Positions 1 through 8,619 of a DNA stretch of 51,821 nucleotides are shown here, piece by piece. The position numbers were made by a program, and so were the translations under genes. The notes below the pieces were generated by a model. That model did no database searches, was not told the DNA's origin, and saw only the letters and a list, made by a program, of their open reading frames with translations. Position 1 is the stretch's first letter, and the number at the start of each line of letters is the position of its first letter. Source of the stretch: Clostridiales bacterium (GTDB taxonomy: Bacteria > Bacillota > Clostridia > Christensenellales > Pumilibacteraceae); the NCBI GenBank assembly GCA_031255775.1, contig JAIRRW010000064.1, positions 1-51,821 on the forward strand, written 5' to 3'.

Positions 1-705
1 ATCGTCAACCTGTTGACAGATAGCTTTATTGATTTAATCGCCGCAGAAACCTATCTTCTAATACAAGCCGAGAAAAACGATAGCGAAATCAGGCGGTTGG
101 AAAGCCTTGTCGCCGAAAACCAAAAGGCTATCAATAACCTTATGAAAGCGTTAATGTCCGGTAAAATAACGGATACTATCATGGCGCAGATTGAGAAATT
201 AGAGGACGAGAATAAGGAGCTCAATGATTTAATCGCAACGGAAAAATCTCTGCAAATGGATTATACTTATTCCGATATTCGCAAGTGGCTGCTGCGTTTC
301 AAAAACTTGGATTATACAAAAATCAAGAATCGCAAGGACTTAATCGACACTTTGGTTTATAAGGTTATCCTTTACGAAAAGAAGATGAAAATCTTGTTTC
401 ACCTCAAAGGCGGACAGCAAAAGGGCGAACTCATACTCAACATAATCTTCCCCGAATACCCCGACGAGGACGGTGGGTTTGATGATAATTCCGGCGGCGA
501 AAACACTTTTAACGAAAGAGAAGAACGCGTTATTTCACTTTCTTCTCTTGGTCCCGGGTGTTCTTATACCGGGAAAATGGTGGAGATAAGGGGATTCGAA
601 CCCCTGGCCTATACGTTGCGAACGTATCGCGCTACCAGCTGCGCCATATCCCCACGATATGGTATTGACCGGGCGGTGGAATTTTCTGCCCGGCCAATAT
701 TGTAG
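1..705 (+). CDS. Large serine recombinase, C-terminal portion (coiled-coil plus DUF4368-like tail). It is 5'-truncated by the window edge. The true stop is uncertain because the frame reads through the tRNA gene.
   Basis: The reading frame is open to base 1 with no upstream stop. Coiled-coil heptads (LIQAEKNDSEIRRLESLVAENQKAINNLMKAL...) are followed by a KWLLRFKNLDYTKIKNRKDLIDTLVYKVILYEKKMKILFHLKG motif typical of clostridial LSR C-termini. The segment is about 40% GC, against about 60% for the rest of the window. It abuts the 3' end of a tRNA gene. Confidence 0.55.
   Translation: MVNLLTDSFIDLIAAETYLLIQAEKNDSEIRRLESLVAENQKAINNLMKALMSGKITDTIMAQIEKLEDENKELNDLIATEKSLQMDYTYSDIRKWLLRFKNLDYTKIKNRKDLIDTLVYKVILYEKKMKILFHLKGGQQKGELILNIIFPEYPDEDGGFDDNSGGENTFNEREERVISLSSLGPGCSYTGKMVEIRGFEPLAYTLRTYRATSCAISPRYGIDRAVEFSARPIL
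578..653 (-). tRNA. tRNA-Ala (anticodon CGC)
   Basis: The reverse complement gives a 76-nt cloverleaf: GGGGATA TG GCGC AGCTGGTA GCGC G ATACG TTCGCAA CGTAT AGGCC AGGGG TTCGAAT CCCCT TATCTCC A CCA. The G3:U70 pair is the Ala identity element. The anticodon loop is TTCGCAA, giving CGC. The T-loop is GGTTCGAATCC and CCA is encoded. Confidence 0.85.
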
Positions 706-778
706 CATATCTTGGTGGAAATTTCAAACCTTTTTATAATGATTTGGGTAAAATTTTGTACGGGCGGGGCATTTGCGC

Positions 779-897
779 CGTCTATAGGGGGCTTTAGGGC
801 GTTTGCCGGGGGCGTTTGCGCCGTCTATAGGGGGCTTTTGGGCGTTTGCCGGGGGGCTTTTGCGCCGTCTATAGGTGGCTTTAGGGCTTTTTCTTGG
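779..897. repeat. Tandem direct repeat, about 2.7 copies of a 43-45 bp unit (TTTGCGCCGTCTATAGGGGGCTTTAGGGCGTTTGCCGGGGGCG)
   Basis: Read directly: unit 1 is about 779-821, unit 2 about 822-866, and a partial unit 3 about 867-897. The last unit overlaps the final about 17 nt of the flotillin CDS. On the minus (transcribed) strand the unit is C-rich and G-poor (about 44% C, 21% G). Confidence 0.8.
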
Positions 898-2329
898 GTT
901 TTTCGGTCGGGGGTTCGGGCGTTTCGGCGCCTTCTTTGACCGTTCCCAGATATTTGGGGAGTTCCATGCCGGTTTGGGCGAACATCTCGTTTAGGGGCGG
1001 GACGGACTTATAGAGGCCGGAGATGAAGTTGGCGGTGGTGGAGCCGTCCTTGCCGGCGCCGGCGTTCATCGAATCCCAGACGGTCACCTTGTCGATCTTG
1101 ATGTTTTTGATGGCCTCGGCCTGCGTCTTGATCATGTCCTCCATCTTGTCGGTCATCATCAGCTTGACCGCGCCGTCGGCGTTTCCGCCGGCCTTGACCA
1201 GCTCTAAAAAGCCCTGTGCCTGCTTGGAGAGGATTTCGTAATTACCCTGCGCCTCGGCGTTTTTGACCGCCAGAATGGCGTCGGCTTCGCCTCGCGCTTT
1301 GCGGCGGCGCTGCTCGGCCTCGGCCTCGGCCTCCAGCTCGAGCTTTTTCTTTTCGATCTCGGTCTTGACGATAATGTCGGCCTCAAGGGTGCTGTGCTCG
1401 CGCTTGGCGCGCTCCTGTTCGGCCAGCTGTTCGGCGGCGTACGCTTCCTTTTTTGCGTTGGCGCGGGCGATGAGCTCGGCGACACTCGCCTTGCGTTCGG
1501 CCTCGGCCTCGACCTCGCGGAGCGCCGAGTTGACCTGCGCAACCTTGGCCTTGGCCTCGTTTTCGCCCTCGACCGCGGCCGAGTTGGCCCTAGAGACGTT
1601 GATGCGCTGCTCCATCAGCGCGTTGGCCTCGCCGACGGCGCCGTCGCGGTTCTTTTCGGCGACCGACTTACGGGCGTCGTTGACGGCCTTGGCGGTGGCC
1701 TCCTTACCTAAGGCCTCGATATAACCCGACTCGTCGCGAATGTCGGTGACGTTGACGTTGATGAGCCTGAGGCCGATCTTTTTGAGCTCGCCCTCGACGT
1801 TTTTGGAAACCTCGTCCAAGAACCGATCGCGGTTGGTGTTGATCTCCTCGATGTCCATCAGCGCGATAACCAAACGCAGCTGACCCAGGATGATGTCGCT
1901 GGCAAGGTCCTGAATGTCGGTGAGCTTGAGTCCCAAGAGGCGCTCGGCGGCGTTTTGCATGATGCCGGGCTCGGTGGAAATACCGACGGTAAAGCGGGAG
2001 GGCACGTCCACGCGAATGTTTTGGTGCGACAGCGCCGCCCTAAGGTCGACGTTGATGGAGATGGGCGTCAGATCCAAGAAGCTATAGGCCTGAAAAAAGG
2101 GCGTGACGAACTTGGATCCGCCGTGCATACAATAGCTGGACTTGGGCTGGCCGTCCTTATCCTTCCCCAAACGGCCGTAAATGACCATGATCTTGTCCGA
2201 CGGGCATTTTTTGATGCGGCGGATCAGGGGCAGTCCGACCGACAAAAACAGAACGACGACGACGATCGGAATGACGATCGCGGCAACGGTGCCGCCCGGA
2301 AGCGCGGCAAACAAAACGGTGTTGAACAT
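881..2329 (-). CDS. floT: Flotillin / SPFH (band-7) domain protein, FloT/YqiK-like
   Basis: It has an N-terminal TM segment, an SPFH domain, and a long EA-rich coiled coil (AEAEAEQRRRKARGEADAILAVKNAEAQ). An AGGAG sits 9 nt upstream of the ATG. It is co-oriented immediately downstream of an NfeD gene, as in B. subtilis yuaF-floT. Confidence 0.8.
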   Translation of the reverse strand: MFNTVLFAALPGGTVAAIVIPIVVVVLFLSVGLPLIRRIKKCPSDKIMVIYGRLGKDKDGQPKSSYCMHGGSKFVTPFFQAYSFLDLTPISINVDLRAALSHQNIRVDVPSRFTVGISTEPGIMQNAAERLLGLKLTDIQDLASDIILGQLRLVIALMDIEEINTNRDRFLDEVSKNVEGELKKIGLRLINVNVTDIRDESGYIEALGKEATAKAVNDARKSVAEKNRDGAVGEANALMEQRINVSRANSAAVEGENEAKAKVAQVNSALREVEAEAERKASVAELIARANAKKEAYAAEQLAEQERAKREHSTLEADIIVKTEIEKKKLELEAEAEAEQRRRKARGEADAILAVKNAEAQGNYEILSKQAQGFLELVKAGGNADGAVKLMMTDKMEDMIKTQAEAIKNIKIDKVTVWDSMNAGAGKDGSTTANFISGLYKSVPPLNEMFAQTGMELPKYLGTVKEGAETPEPPTEKPKKKP

Positions 2330-2390
2330 ACTTTTTTCTCCTTATTCCTTATAATTATACCGGGGGAAAAGCTACCCCAAAAGCACATCC

Positions 2391-3068
2391 TTAGGAGAGA
2401 ACCGGCTGTTTATCCTTGCCGGCCTTGGGGTCCTCGGCGCGGATCGAAGTGACGGGTTCGACCAGAAGCACACTGCTGTTGATGGCGTCGATTACGCGGA
2501 CTTTTTCGCCGGTTTTGATGTCCAGCTCGCAGTCGGTGACGGCCTCGCGCTCGATAAACGAATCCTGCACCACCAGCGTCACCTTGCCGCTGCCCGCCCT
2601 TAGGCCGGGGATACGGAGGTAGACGTCGCCGATCTTGCCGATCGCGTTTTCGATGAGGATGTTGCCGTTTTCTTGCATACGGAAGATGGCGCGCACCAAG
2701 AAGGCGACGCCCACGGCCGCCGCCGCGCCGAACACGATGCCGAGGGTGGCCGAGAGATACCATTCCATCCAAAACTGAAAGAGAAAGAGTGACCAGGCGC
2801 CCACGCACAGAAAGGCCATGACCGTCCGAAAGCTAAGCAGGCGGAGCCCCGAAATGGTCGCAAACGGCTCGTTATTAAAAATATCGGTATCGGCCGAGGC
2901 GATGTCGGTATCCATATCCAAGGACGAATCGTCGCCGATGCCGATAAGAGCCAGGATCAACTGAACCAAAAAAATAGCCGATGTGACGCAGGCGATAATA
3001 AACATGACGCGCTGCAAGCCGTCAAGCTCGATCATCCACCAATCGCCGATCGCGGACGCAAACAACAT
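2391..3068 (-). CDS. NfeD-family membrane protein, the flotillin partner (YuaF/YqiJ-like)
   Basis: It has N-terminal multi-TM segments and a C-terminal OB-fold-like soluble domain. A strong SD (AAGGAGGG) lies 7 nt before the ATG. It is the conserved upstream partner of flotillin. Confidence 0.75.
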   Translation of the reverse strand: MLFASAIGDWWMIELDGLQRVMFIIACVTSAIFLVQLILALIGIGDDSSLDMDTDIASADTDIFNNEPFATISGLRLLSFRTVMAFLCVGAWSLFLFQFWMEWYLSATLGIVFGAAAAVGVAFLVRAIFRMQENGNILIENAIGKIGDVYLRIPGLRAGSGKVTLVVQDSFIEREAVTDCELDIKTGEKVRVIDAINSSVLLVEPVTSIRAEDPKAGKDKQPVLS

Positions 3069-3098
3069 AGGGCTGCCCTCCTTATTCGGAATCTTTTT

Positions 3099-3135
3099 TT
3101 ATAGTATAACACGACCGCGCCGGCATTGCCACTAA
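3099..3135 (-). promoter_or_regulatory. Putative sigma-A promoter for nfeD-floT (extended -10 TGtTATACT, weak -35)
   Basis: The minus-strand sequence reads gTGtTATACT about 30 nt upstream of the nfeD ATG. The -35 element is poor. Confidence 0.3.
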
Positions 3136-3335
3136 AAAGCGGGCGTCATGAAAAAATTTTATCTATTTTTAATAATAGACCTGTCTTGACGATTCGGAAA
3201 GCGGCTTTTTGCGCCTTTTTGCGCCACTCTGCGCTAATTTTCCTAACCGTAGCGCTGCTACGGCGTCGTCGAAATCGCTTGATTGGCGCAAAAATCCATC
3301 AAAAATCCTGTTTTCCTCATTCATCAAGACAGGTC

Positions 3336-3392
3336 CTAAGAACGACCGCGCTTGCGCTTGCATTTGAACGAAATCGGTAGCGTCATTCAAAA
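3336..3392. repeat. Copy K of the modular intergenic palindromic repeat family
   Basis: GCGCTTGCGCTTGCATTTGAACGAAATCGGTAGCGTCATTC matches the modules seen in copies F and I. It overlaps and supplies the last codons plus the stop of the FtsX permease. Confidence 0.5.
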
Positions 3393-5983
3393 GACTTTAG
3401 CGATTCGGTCATTTTGATTCGGCCGGTGCCCAGGGACATGACAAGGTTGATGACAAAGCCGGTGCCCAGCGTGATGAGCGACGCGTACAGGTAGGAGAGG
3501 CCGAAAAGCCGGTACAAAAACTGGACGACGGGCGTTTGGTTGATGGACAGCACCAAAACGGTCAGGGGGTAGCCCAGCCCCAGCCCCAAAATGCCGCCGA
3601 GGAGGGTCAGGATCATGACCTCGATCATCAGGGTGAGCGCGATCTCGCGCCGGCTAAAGCCCAGCACCTTGAGGGTGGCGATGTCGCGCTGCCGTTCGCG
3701 TTGGTTTAAGAGCGCGATGTTATAGAGGACGACGACGGCCAAAAGAATGGCGAATATCTTGAGCGTAAAGGTCATGAGCGAAATGCCGGACAGCGCGTCG
3801 TTGACCGATTGCCGAAACACCGCCGACGTAACGGCCAAAACGACGTCCGCGCGGGCGTTGAGCGCGTCGCCCACGGCGGCCGTGTCCGCGCCGGACGCCG
3901 CTTCCGCCCAGGCGTTGGCGCCCTTTTCGAAGAGCGCGGGATAGTCGGAGGCGTTGGCGACCAGGCCGTGAAGATAAAAGGCGTCAAACACGTGATCCAC
4001 CTCGGCCTCCAGCCTTTCGCCGTTGACGGTAAAGGCGATCCGATCGCCCGCCCCGGCGTTTAGGTCGTTGGCCGTCTTGACCGCCAGCGCGATCCTGCCC
4101 TTTCGTACCCGAATCGAACAGAACGCCGAATCGTCCTCGACGATGCGCAGCGTGGTCTGACAGCCGCTCTTGTCCGACACGGCCGAGACCGAAAGGGCGG
4201 CGTAGGTTTCGATGCGGGCGATGCCGGGCACGGACGCCGCGATCTCCGCCGCGTCGATCGCCGTATCGGGCATAAAGGTGATGCTGACGTCGCTTTTATA
4301 GAGCTCCTGCGAATCCAGCCGGACGCCGTAATCCAGCGTATCGTCGATGCCAAAGCCGCACAAAAGAAGCGCCATGCACCCCATGATCCCGGCCACCACC
4401 ATCACGCCCCGCGATTTTTTGGCCCTAAGGTTTCGAAGCGCCATTTTGAGCGGCATACGCCGGGTTTCTCGTTTAATATCGACCTCCGACGCGCGCCGGG
4501 GCGGGGTTTTTCCGTCGGCACGGGGCCGCGCGCTTGCCGCCGCCGCGTCCCGCCGATCGGACGGCAGTCTTTTTTGGGGCGCGGGGCCTATGGGGCGCAT
4601 ACTGTCGGCGGGCAGCCGGGCGATCTCCTTGCGGCAGCACAGATAGGCGACCAGCGCCGCCGCCGCCGCAAACACGCCAAGGATGCCGAGAATCTCGGGG
4701 ACGGGAAAGACCGGCGCCAGCCGCGGCAGCGAAAACAGCATTTTGTACTTTTGGTTCATGACGTTGGGGACGAGAATGGGGCCGGTCACAACACCGATGA
4801 CAAAGCCGATGGTGACCAGCGAGACCGTCAGCGACAGGTAGTGAAACAGGATGCTGCCGGTGGAAACGCCCAGCGCTTTCATCATGCCGATCTGCGTTTT
4901 TTCGCGGATGATGATCTGCGAAATGGTGGTCAAAATGACCAGCAGCGCGACGAGAAAAAAGATGACGGGAAAGACCAGCGTCATCTTTTGGGACTGCGTA
5001 ATATCCGACATGATCCCGGCGTTTGTGGAGAGGTTGCGGACGTCAAAGCAGCTCAAAAAATTGTTCGCCTCCCCTTTTTTAGAAAAATAGGCGCGAATGT
5101 CCGCCGAAACCGTTTCCGTCCGCGCCCCGCCCGCCGTGCGGATCACGTACTGGTTGGGCGCGGTGAGCTTTTCGAGCGTTTCGGTCATGTAGGGCCGGGC
5201 GGTCACAAGGGGCAAAAGCTGTTTGTCCAGCGCGTAATTTTCTTCCAAAACGGCCAGCGCGGTCTCGACGATATACGCGTGCCGGGTATAAAAATAGGAG
5301 ACGGCAAAGGCGCCGTTGTCCACGCATTCGGGGTGCGTCATGACGCCGGTCACGGTAAAGGGCAGGCTAAACGAATCGCCCGCCAGCACGTTTTTGCCCT
5401 CCGGCCGCAAAATGGCGCGCAAAAGCGGGGCAGCCTCCCCAAACTGCGCCTTCATGTCCGGCGTAAAGGGCAGCGTAAATTCGAAGGTCTGACCCAAAAT
5501 GGGGGTAAAGTCGGTGATTTCGGTCATCGCGCTCTCGGCGCCCCGCTGCTTGATGAGGATCTGCGCGGCCATACTTTTTTCCAGCATAAAGCCGGGCGTC
5601 CCCGCGATGATCTCGGCATAGGCGCTGATCGAGGCGTCCGCCGCCGCCCCCAGCCCCGATACGGCGGCGTTGTCGTGAAGGCCGGACAGCAGCAGCCGGG
5701 GCTCGGCCCGTTCGACCCCCGGGAGCGCTTCGAGCCTGCCCGCCTCGTCCGGGTCAAAATCGGACACCGTCACCCAGAGGTCGGCGATCCGGCCTGCGTC
5801 GTAGAGGGTTTGCACCCGTTTTTGCAGCGCCTTATAGTTGGCGGTAAACCCGGTAAACAGGCAGACGGCCAGCGCCGCGATGAGAATGATCGCCGCAAAC
5901 TGCAACAGGTTTTTGGCGATGTCGCGCCGTGTCTTTTTAAGGAGGATCGCGCCCGTTTTCACCATCTTCACCATTTTCACCAT
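3383..5983 (-). CDS. ABC transporter permease, FtsX-family with two FtsX domains (MacB-like)
   Basis: Two 4-TM FtsX-like regions are separated by large extracytoplasmic domains. The start was chosen at MVKMVKMVKTG, whose ATG overlaps the ATPase stop (ATGGTGA). The upstream 71 codons of the track ORF are Arg-rich junk. Confidence 0.8.
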   Translation of the reverse strand: MVKMVKMVKTGAILLKKTRRDIAKNLLQFAAIILIAALAVCLFTGFTANYKALQKRVQTLYDAGRIADLWVTVSDFDPDEAGRLEALPGVERAEPRLLLSGLHDNAAVSGLGAAADASISAYAEIIAGTPGFMLEKSMAAQILIKQRGAESAMTEITDFTPILGQTFEFTLPFTPDMKAQFGEAAPLLRAILRPEGKNVLAGDSFSLPFTVTGVMTHPECVDNGAFAVSYFYTRHAYIVETALAVLEENYALDKQLLPLVTARPYMTETLEKLTAPNQYVIRTAGGARTETVSADIRAYFSKKGEANNFLSCFDVRNLSTNAGIMSDITQSQKMTLVFPVIFFLVALLVILTTISQIIIREKTQIGMMKALGVSTGSILFHYLSLTVSLVTIGFVIGVVTGPILVPNVMNQKYKMLFSLPRLAPVFPVPEILGILGVFAAAAALVAYLCCRKEIARLPADSMRPIGPAPQKRLPSDRRDAAAASARPRADGKTPPRRASEVDIKRETRRMPLKMALRNLRAKKSRGVMVVAGIMGCMALLLCGFGIDDTLDYGVRLDSQELYKSDVSITFMPDTAIDAAEIAASVPGIARIETYAALSVSAVSDKSGCQTTLRIVEDDSAFCSIRVRKGRIALAVKTANDLNAGAGDRIAFTVNGERLEAEVDHVFDAFYLHGLVANASDYPALFEKGANAWAEAASGADTAAVGDALNARADVVLAVTSAVFRQSVNDALSGISLMTFTLKIFAILLAVVVLYNIALLNQRERQRDIATLKVLGFSRREIALTLMIEVMILTLLGGILGLGLGYPLTVLVLSINQTPVVQFLYRLFGLSYLYASLITLGTGFVINLVMSLGTGRIKMTESLKSFE

Positions 5984-6678
5984 TCGATCTCCGAAACGGC
6001 CTTGGGACGCTCGTTTTGCCGATCGGCGGCGATCCGGCCGTCCTGGATCCGAATGACGCGGGAGGCGATTTCGGCAATCTTGGCATTGTGCGTGACGATG
6101 ACGGTGGTGCGGTTTTGGCGGCGGCAGATGTCCTGCAAAACGCCCAAAATCGCCGCGCCGGTCTTGCTGTCCAGCGCGCCGGTCGGCTCGTCGCACAGCA
6201 AAAGCGCCGGGTTTTTGACAAACGCCCGCGCAATGGACACGCGCTGCTGCTCGCCGCCGGACAGCTGCGCCGGAAAATTCTTGAGACGGCGGCTAAGCCC
6301 CACCAGCTCCAAGGCCTCCCGCGCGTCCATCGGCCGATCGGCGACCGACTGCGCCAGCTGAACGTTTTCGAGCGCCGTGAGGTTGGGCATGAGGTTGTAA
6401 AACTGAAACACAAAGCCGATCCGGCGGCGGCGGAACTGCGCAAGGCGCTTGTTGTCAAACTCGTGAACGTTTTCGCCGTCGACCGCGTACGTCCCCTCGG
6501 ACAGGCGATCCATGCCGCCGATAATGTTTAAAAGCGTGGTCTTGCCCGCGCCCGACGACCCCAAAATAACGGCAAACTCACCGGGCGAAAGCGTCAGACT
6601 GACGCCGTCCAAGGCCGCCACGCGGTTCTCGCCGCCGCCGTAAATCTTAGAAACCTGATTGAGACGGATAAATTCCAT
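5977..6678 (-). CDS. ABC transporter ATP-binding protein (MacB/LolD-like)
   Basis: Walker A is GSSGAGKTT, the ABC signature is LSGGEQQRVSIARA, and Walker B is LLLCDEPTGALD. The start at MEFIRLNQV has GGAGGAACGCGC immediately upstream. The upstream 43 codons of the track ORF lie in a repeat region. Confidence 0.85.
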   Translation of the reverse strand: MEFIRLNQVSKIYGGGENRVAALDGVSLTLSPGEFAVILGSSGAGKTTLLNIIGGMDRLSEGTYAVDGENVHEFDNKRLAQFRRRRIGFVFQFYNLMPNLTALENVQLAQSVADRPMDAREALELVGLSRRLKNFPAQLSGGEQQRVSIARAFVKNPALLLCDEPTGALDSKTGAAILGVLQDICRRQNRTTVIVTHNAKIAEIASRVIRIQDGRIAADRQNERPKAVSEIEW

Positions 6679-6715
6679 GCGCGTTCCTCCAATAGCGCTA
6701 CCGCTTTCGGCCAAA

Positions 6716-6900
6716 CGTAAATGCCGCAAGCGGCATTTAGCCGAACTTAGATTCGGTGTCCGCAAGCAAAAAATGTCATTTTTGCTTGCTCCCGATTGAT
6801 TCGCCAAAATGCCGCTTACGCTCGCATTTTGGCGAGGAAAGAGGTGTCCTCAAACAAAAAACGTCGTTTTTGTAAAAAAGATTTAAGAGAAAGGTAGCTG
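6716..6900. repeat. Copy A of the modular intergenic palindromic repeat family (several hairpin modules)
   Basis: It contains the hairpins AAATGCCGCAAGCGGCATTT and GCAAGCAAAAAATGTCATTTTTGCTTGC. It also contains CGCCAAAATGCCGCTTACGCTCGCATTTTGGCG and CAAAAAACGTCGTTTTTGTAAAAAAGATTTAAGAGAAAGGTAGCTGCCGCG. These modules recur elsewhere in the window. Confidence 0.6.
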
Positions 6901-7025
6901 CCGCGTTTCGATAAAATGGGGCTCGGTCATATCGCATGGCCGGGAGCGGTCAGATCGCGTGTGTATCGCGTGCGCCCCCTTGCCCAGTCAGGCGCGGTCA
7001 GATTGCGTGTCAGACGGACAACAGG

Positions 7026-7080
7026 CGGTAAGGGGATGAGGGAGTGTACTTCCGGTACATGACCTCATCCCCTTACCGCA
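7026..7080. promoter_or_regulatory. Perfect 17-bp stem hairpin (GCGGTAAGGGGATGAGG ... CCTCATCCCCTTACCGC) with a palindromic loop (GTACTTCCGGTAC), downstream of glmM
   Basis: Read directly. It is preceded by 17-bp direct repeats GCGGTCAGATCGCGTGT and GCGGTCAGATTGCGTGT at about 6948 and 6994. No U-tract follows on either strand. Confidence 0.5.
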
Positions 7081-7112
7081 CGTAGTCCGTATCACACGTG
7101 ATATGGCCGCGC

Positions 7113-8402
7113 CTAAACCCGGTTGTTGATGAATCGCTTAAACCCGGCTAAGAGCTCGTCAACCAGTGTTGCATCCGCCGCCTCAACCATCACGCGCACC
7201 TTGGGCTCGGTGCCGCTCATGCGCACGATGACGCGGCCATGGCCGGACAGACGCGCCTCGGCGGCCTCGGTGAGGCGGCGCATCTCGCGGTCGTACATGA
7301 TCGAGGGATCGGCAAACTCGGCGATCGCCCGCTGGGGCAGGAGTTGTAGGGGGGTCATGGGGCGCAATTCGCCGTCCTTGTACAGCGAATCCGCCAAAAA
7401 CATGGCGCTCATGATGCCGTCGCCCGTCGTGGACTGCGGATAGACGATGTAATGCCCCGACTGCTCGCCCCCGATGTTGTAGCCCTTTCGGTACATGAGG
7501 TCGCAGATAAATTTATCGCCCACCGGCGTGCGCACCAGCCGCCGCCCCTCCTGTTGCAGCCGGGTCTCCAAGCCCAAATTATTTAGGATCGTGCCGACCA
7601 CCACGCCGTCCTTGATGTCTTGCATCCCGCGCGAAATGTTGTACAGGACGGTGTCGCCGTCCACGATCTCCCCGTCCATGACCACGCTCAGCCGATCGGC
7701 GTCGCCGTCAAACGAAAAGCCCAGCCGATAATCGGTGCCCTTCATGCTGTTGCGGACATAATAAGGATAGAGCGCGCCGCAGCCGCTGTTGATCTTTTCG
7801 CCCCGGAGCTTATAATTTTCGACGGTGACGGTCGCGCCCAACGACTCAAACGCCAGCCCCGCCACGGTGGACGCCGCGCCGTACCCGCAGTCCAAAAAGA
7901 CCTTGAGCCCCCTAAAGTCAGCCGACATGGCGCCCTTTAGGTATTGGATGTACTCCTCCTTCGAATCCGTCCGAACAAGTTTTTTTCCGCCGCCCGGCTT
8001 GCGCACAGGCGGATTGTCGATATAATATTCGACGCTGCCCTCCTGATCCTCGGTCAGCTTGACGCCGTTTCCGTCGAATACCTTGATGCCGTTGTACTCG
8101 GGCGGGTTGTGGGACGCCGAAATCATGATGCCGCACTTGGCGCCGCAATGAATGGCAAGCCGCGCCACCGCGGGCGTGGGCAGAATATCGACCACGTACA
8201 CGTCCCCGCCCATCGAGGTGATCCCCTCGACCAACGCGCTTTCGAGCTCCTCGCCCGACACGCGCGTGTCCCGGCCCACCACGAACTTGCCGACGCCGAA
8301 ATACCCGCACAGCGCCACGCCCGTCTTGTAGGCCAGTATGTCGTCCAGCTTTTCGCCGTACTTGCCCCGAATCCCGTCCGTCCCGAAATATTTATTGCTC
8401 AT
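7113..8402 (-). CDS. glmM: Phosphoglucosamine mutase
   Basis: The active-site motif SASHNPPEYNGIK is present. The N-terminus is MSNKYFGTDGIRG, and full-length alpha-D-phosphohexomutase architecture is present. Confidence 0.9.
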   Translation of the reverse strand: MSNKYFGTDGIRGKYGEKLDDILAYKTGVALCGYFGVGKFVVGRDTRVSGEELESALVEGITSMGGDVYVVDILPTPAVARLAIHCGAKCGIMISASHNPPEYNGIKVFDGNGVKLTEDQEGSVEYYIDNPPVRKPGGGKKLVRTDSKEEYIQYLKGAMSADFRGLKVFLDCGYGAASTVAGLAFESLGATVTVENYKLRGEKINSGCGALYPYYVRNSMKGTDYRLGFSFDGDADRLSVVMDGEIVDGDTVLYNISRGMQDIKDGVVVGTILNNLGLETRLQQEGRRLVRTPVGDKFICDLMYRKGYNIGGEQSGHYIVYPQSTTGDGIMSAMFLADSLYKDGELRPMTPLQLLPQRAIAEFADPSIMYDREMRRLTEAAEARLSGHGRVIVRMSGTEPKVRVMVEAADATLVDELLAGFKRFINNRV

Positions 8403-8589
8403 ATATGTATCTTGTCCGCTCCTCGGTGGATTTGAGAACCTGTCGCAACGAACAGGTTCTTATTACAGTATATTGGCATTATATAGGTTTTGTCCCGATT
8501 TGGCAAGAAATACGCTGCCGCTATCGCGCGAATGTGCCCATTCGCGCGAGGGATAAGGCACTCATTTTTATTTAGGGTGTGGCCGTTCG

Positions 8590-8619
8590 TTGACAAAAGG
8601 CGTTTGGGGCGTGTACAAT
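8590..8619 (+). promoter_or_regulatory. Sigma-A promoter for apgM (TTGACA-18-TACAAT)
   Basis: The -35 TTGACA sits at about 8590-8595 and the -10 TACAAT at about 8614-8619. A GGAGGA SD lies 7 nt before the GTG start at 8652. Confidence 0.6.

Noticed and set aside
779-897. CRISPR array
   Set aside because: The tandem repeats are contiguous with no unique spacers, and no cas genes are present. No other CRISPR-like arrangement is seen in the window.
712-939. 75-aa ORF (GGAFAPSIGGFRAFAGG... repeated)
   Set aside because: It is simply the translation of the 43-bp tandem DNA repeat. It has no SD, and its periodic amino-acid sequence is an artefact.
3126-3390. Small ORFs of 84 and 73 aa between nfeD and the FtsX permease
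   Set aside because: They consist largely of a repeat-family copy and the CCGTAGCGCTGCTACGG hairpin. The starts are TTG with no SD. It is more likely non-coding.
4574-6361. 595-aa plus-strand ORF and many other Arg/Gly/Pro-rich ORFs antisense to ABC, flotillin, addAB and rnf genes
   Set aside because: These are typical long antisense open frames of high-GC DNA. They have low-complexity composition and no RBS, and they overlap well-supported genes on the opposite strand.
8437-8466. Rho-independent terminator call for the GAGAACCTGT…ACAGGTTCTT hairpin
   Set aside because: No U-tract follows on either strand. It lies in the glmM 5' leader, so it was reported as a possible regulatory hairpin instead.
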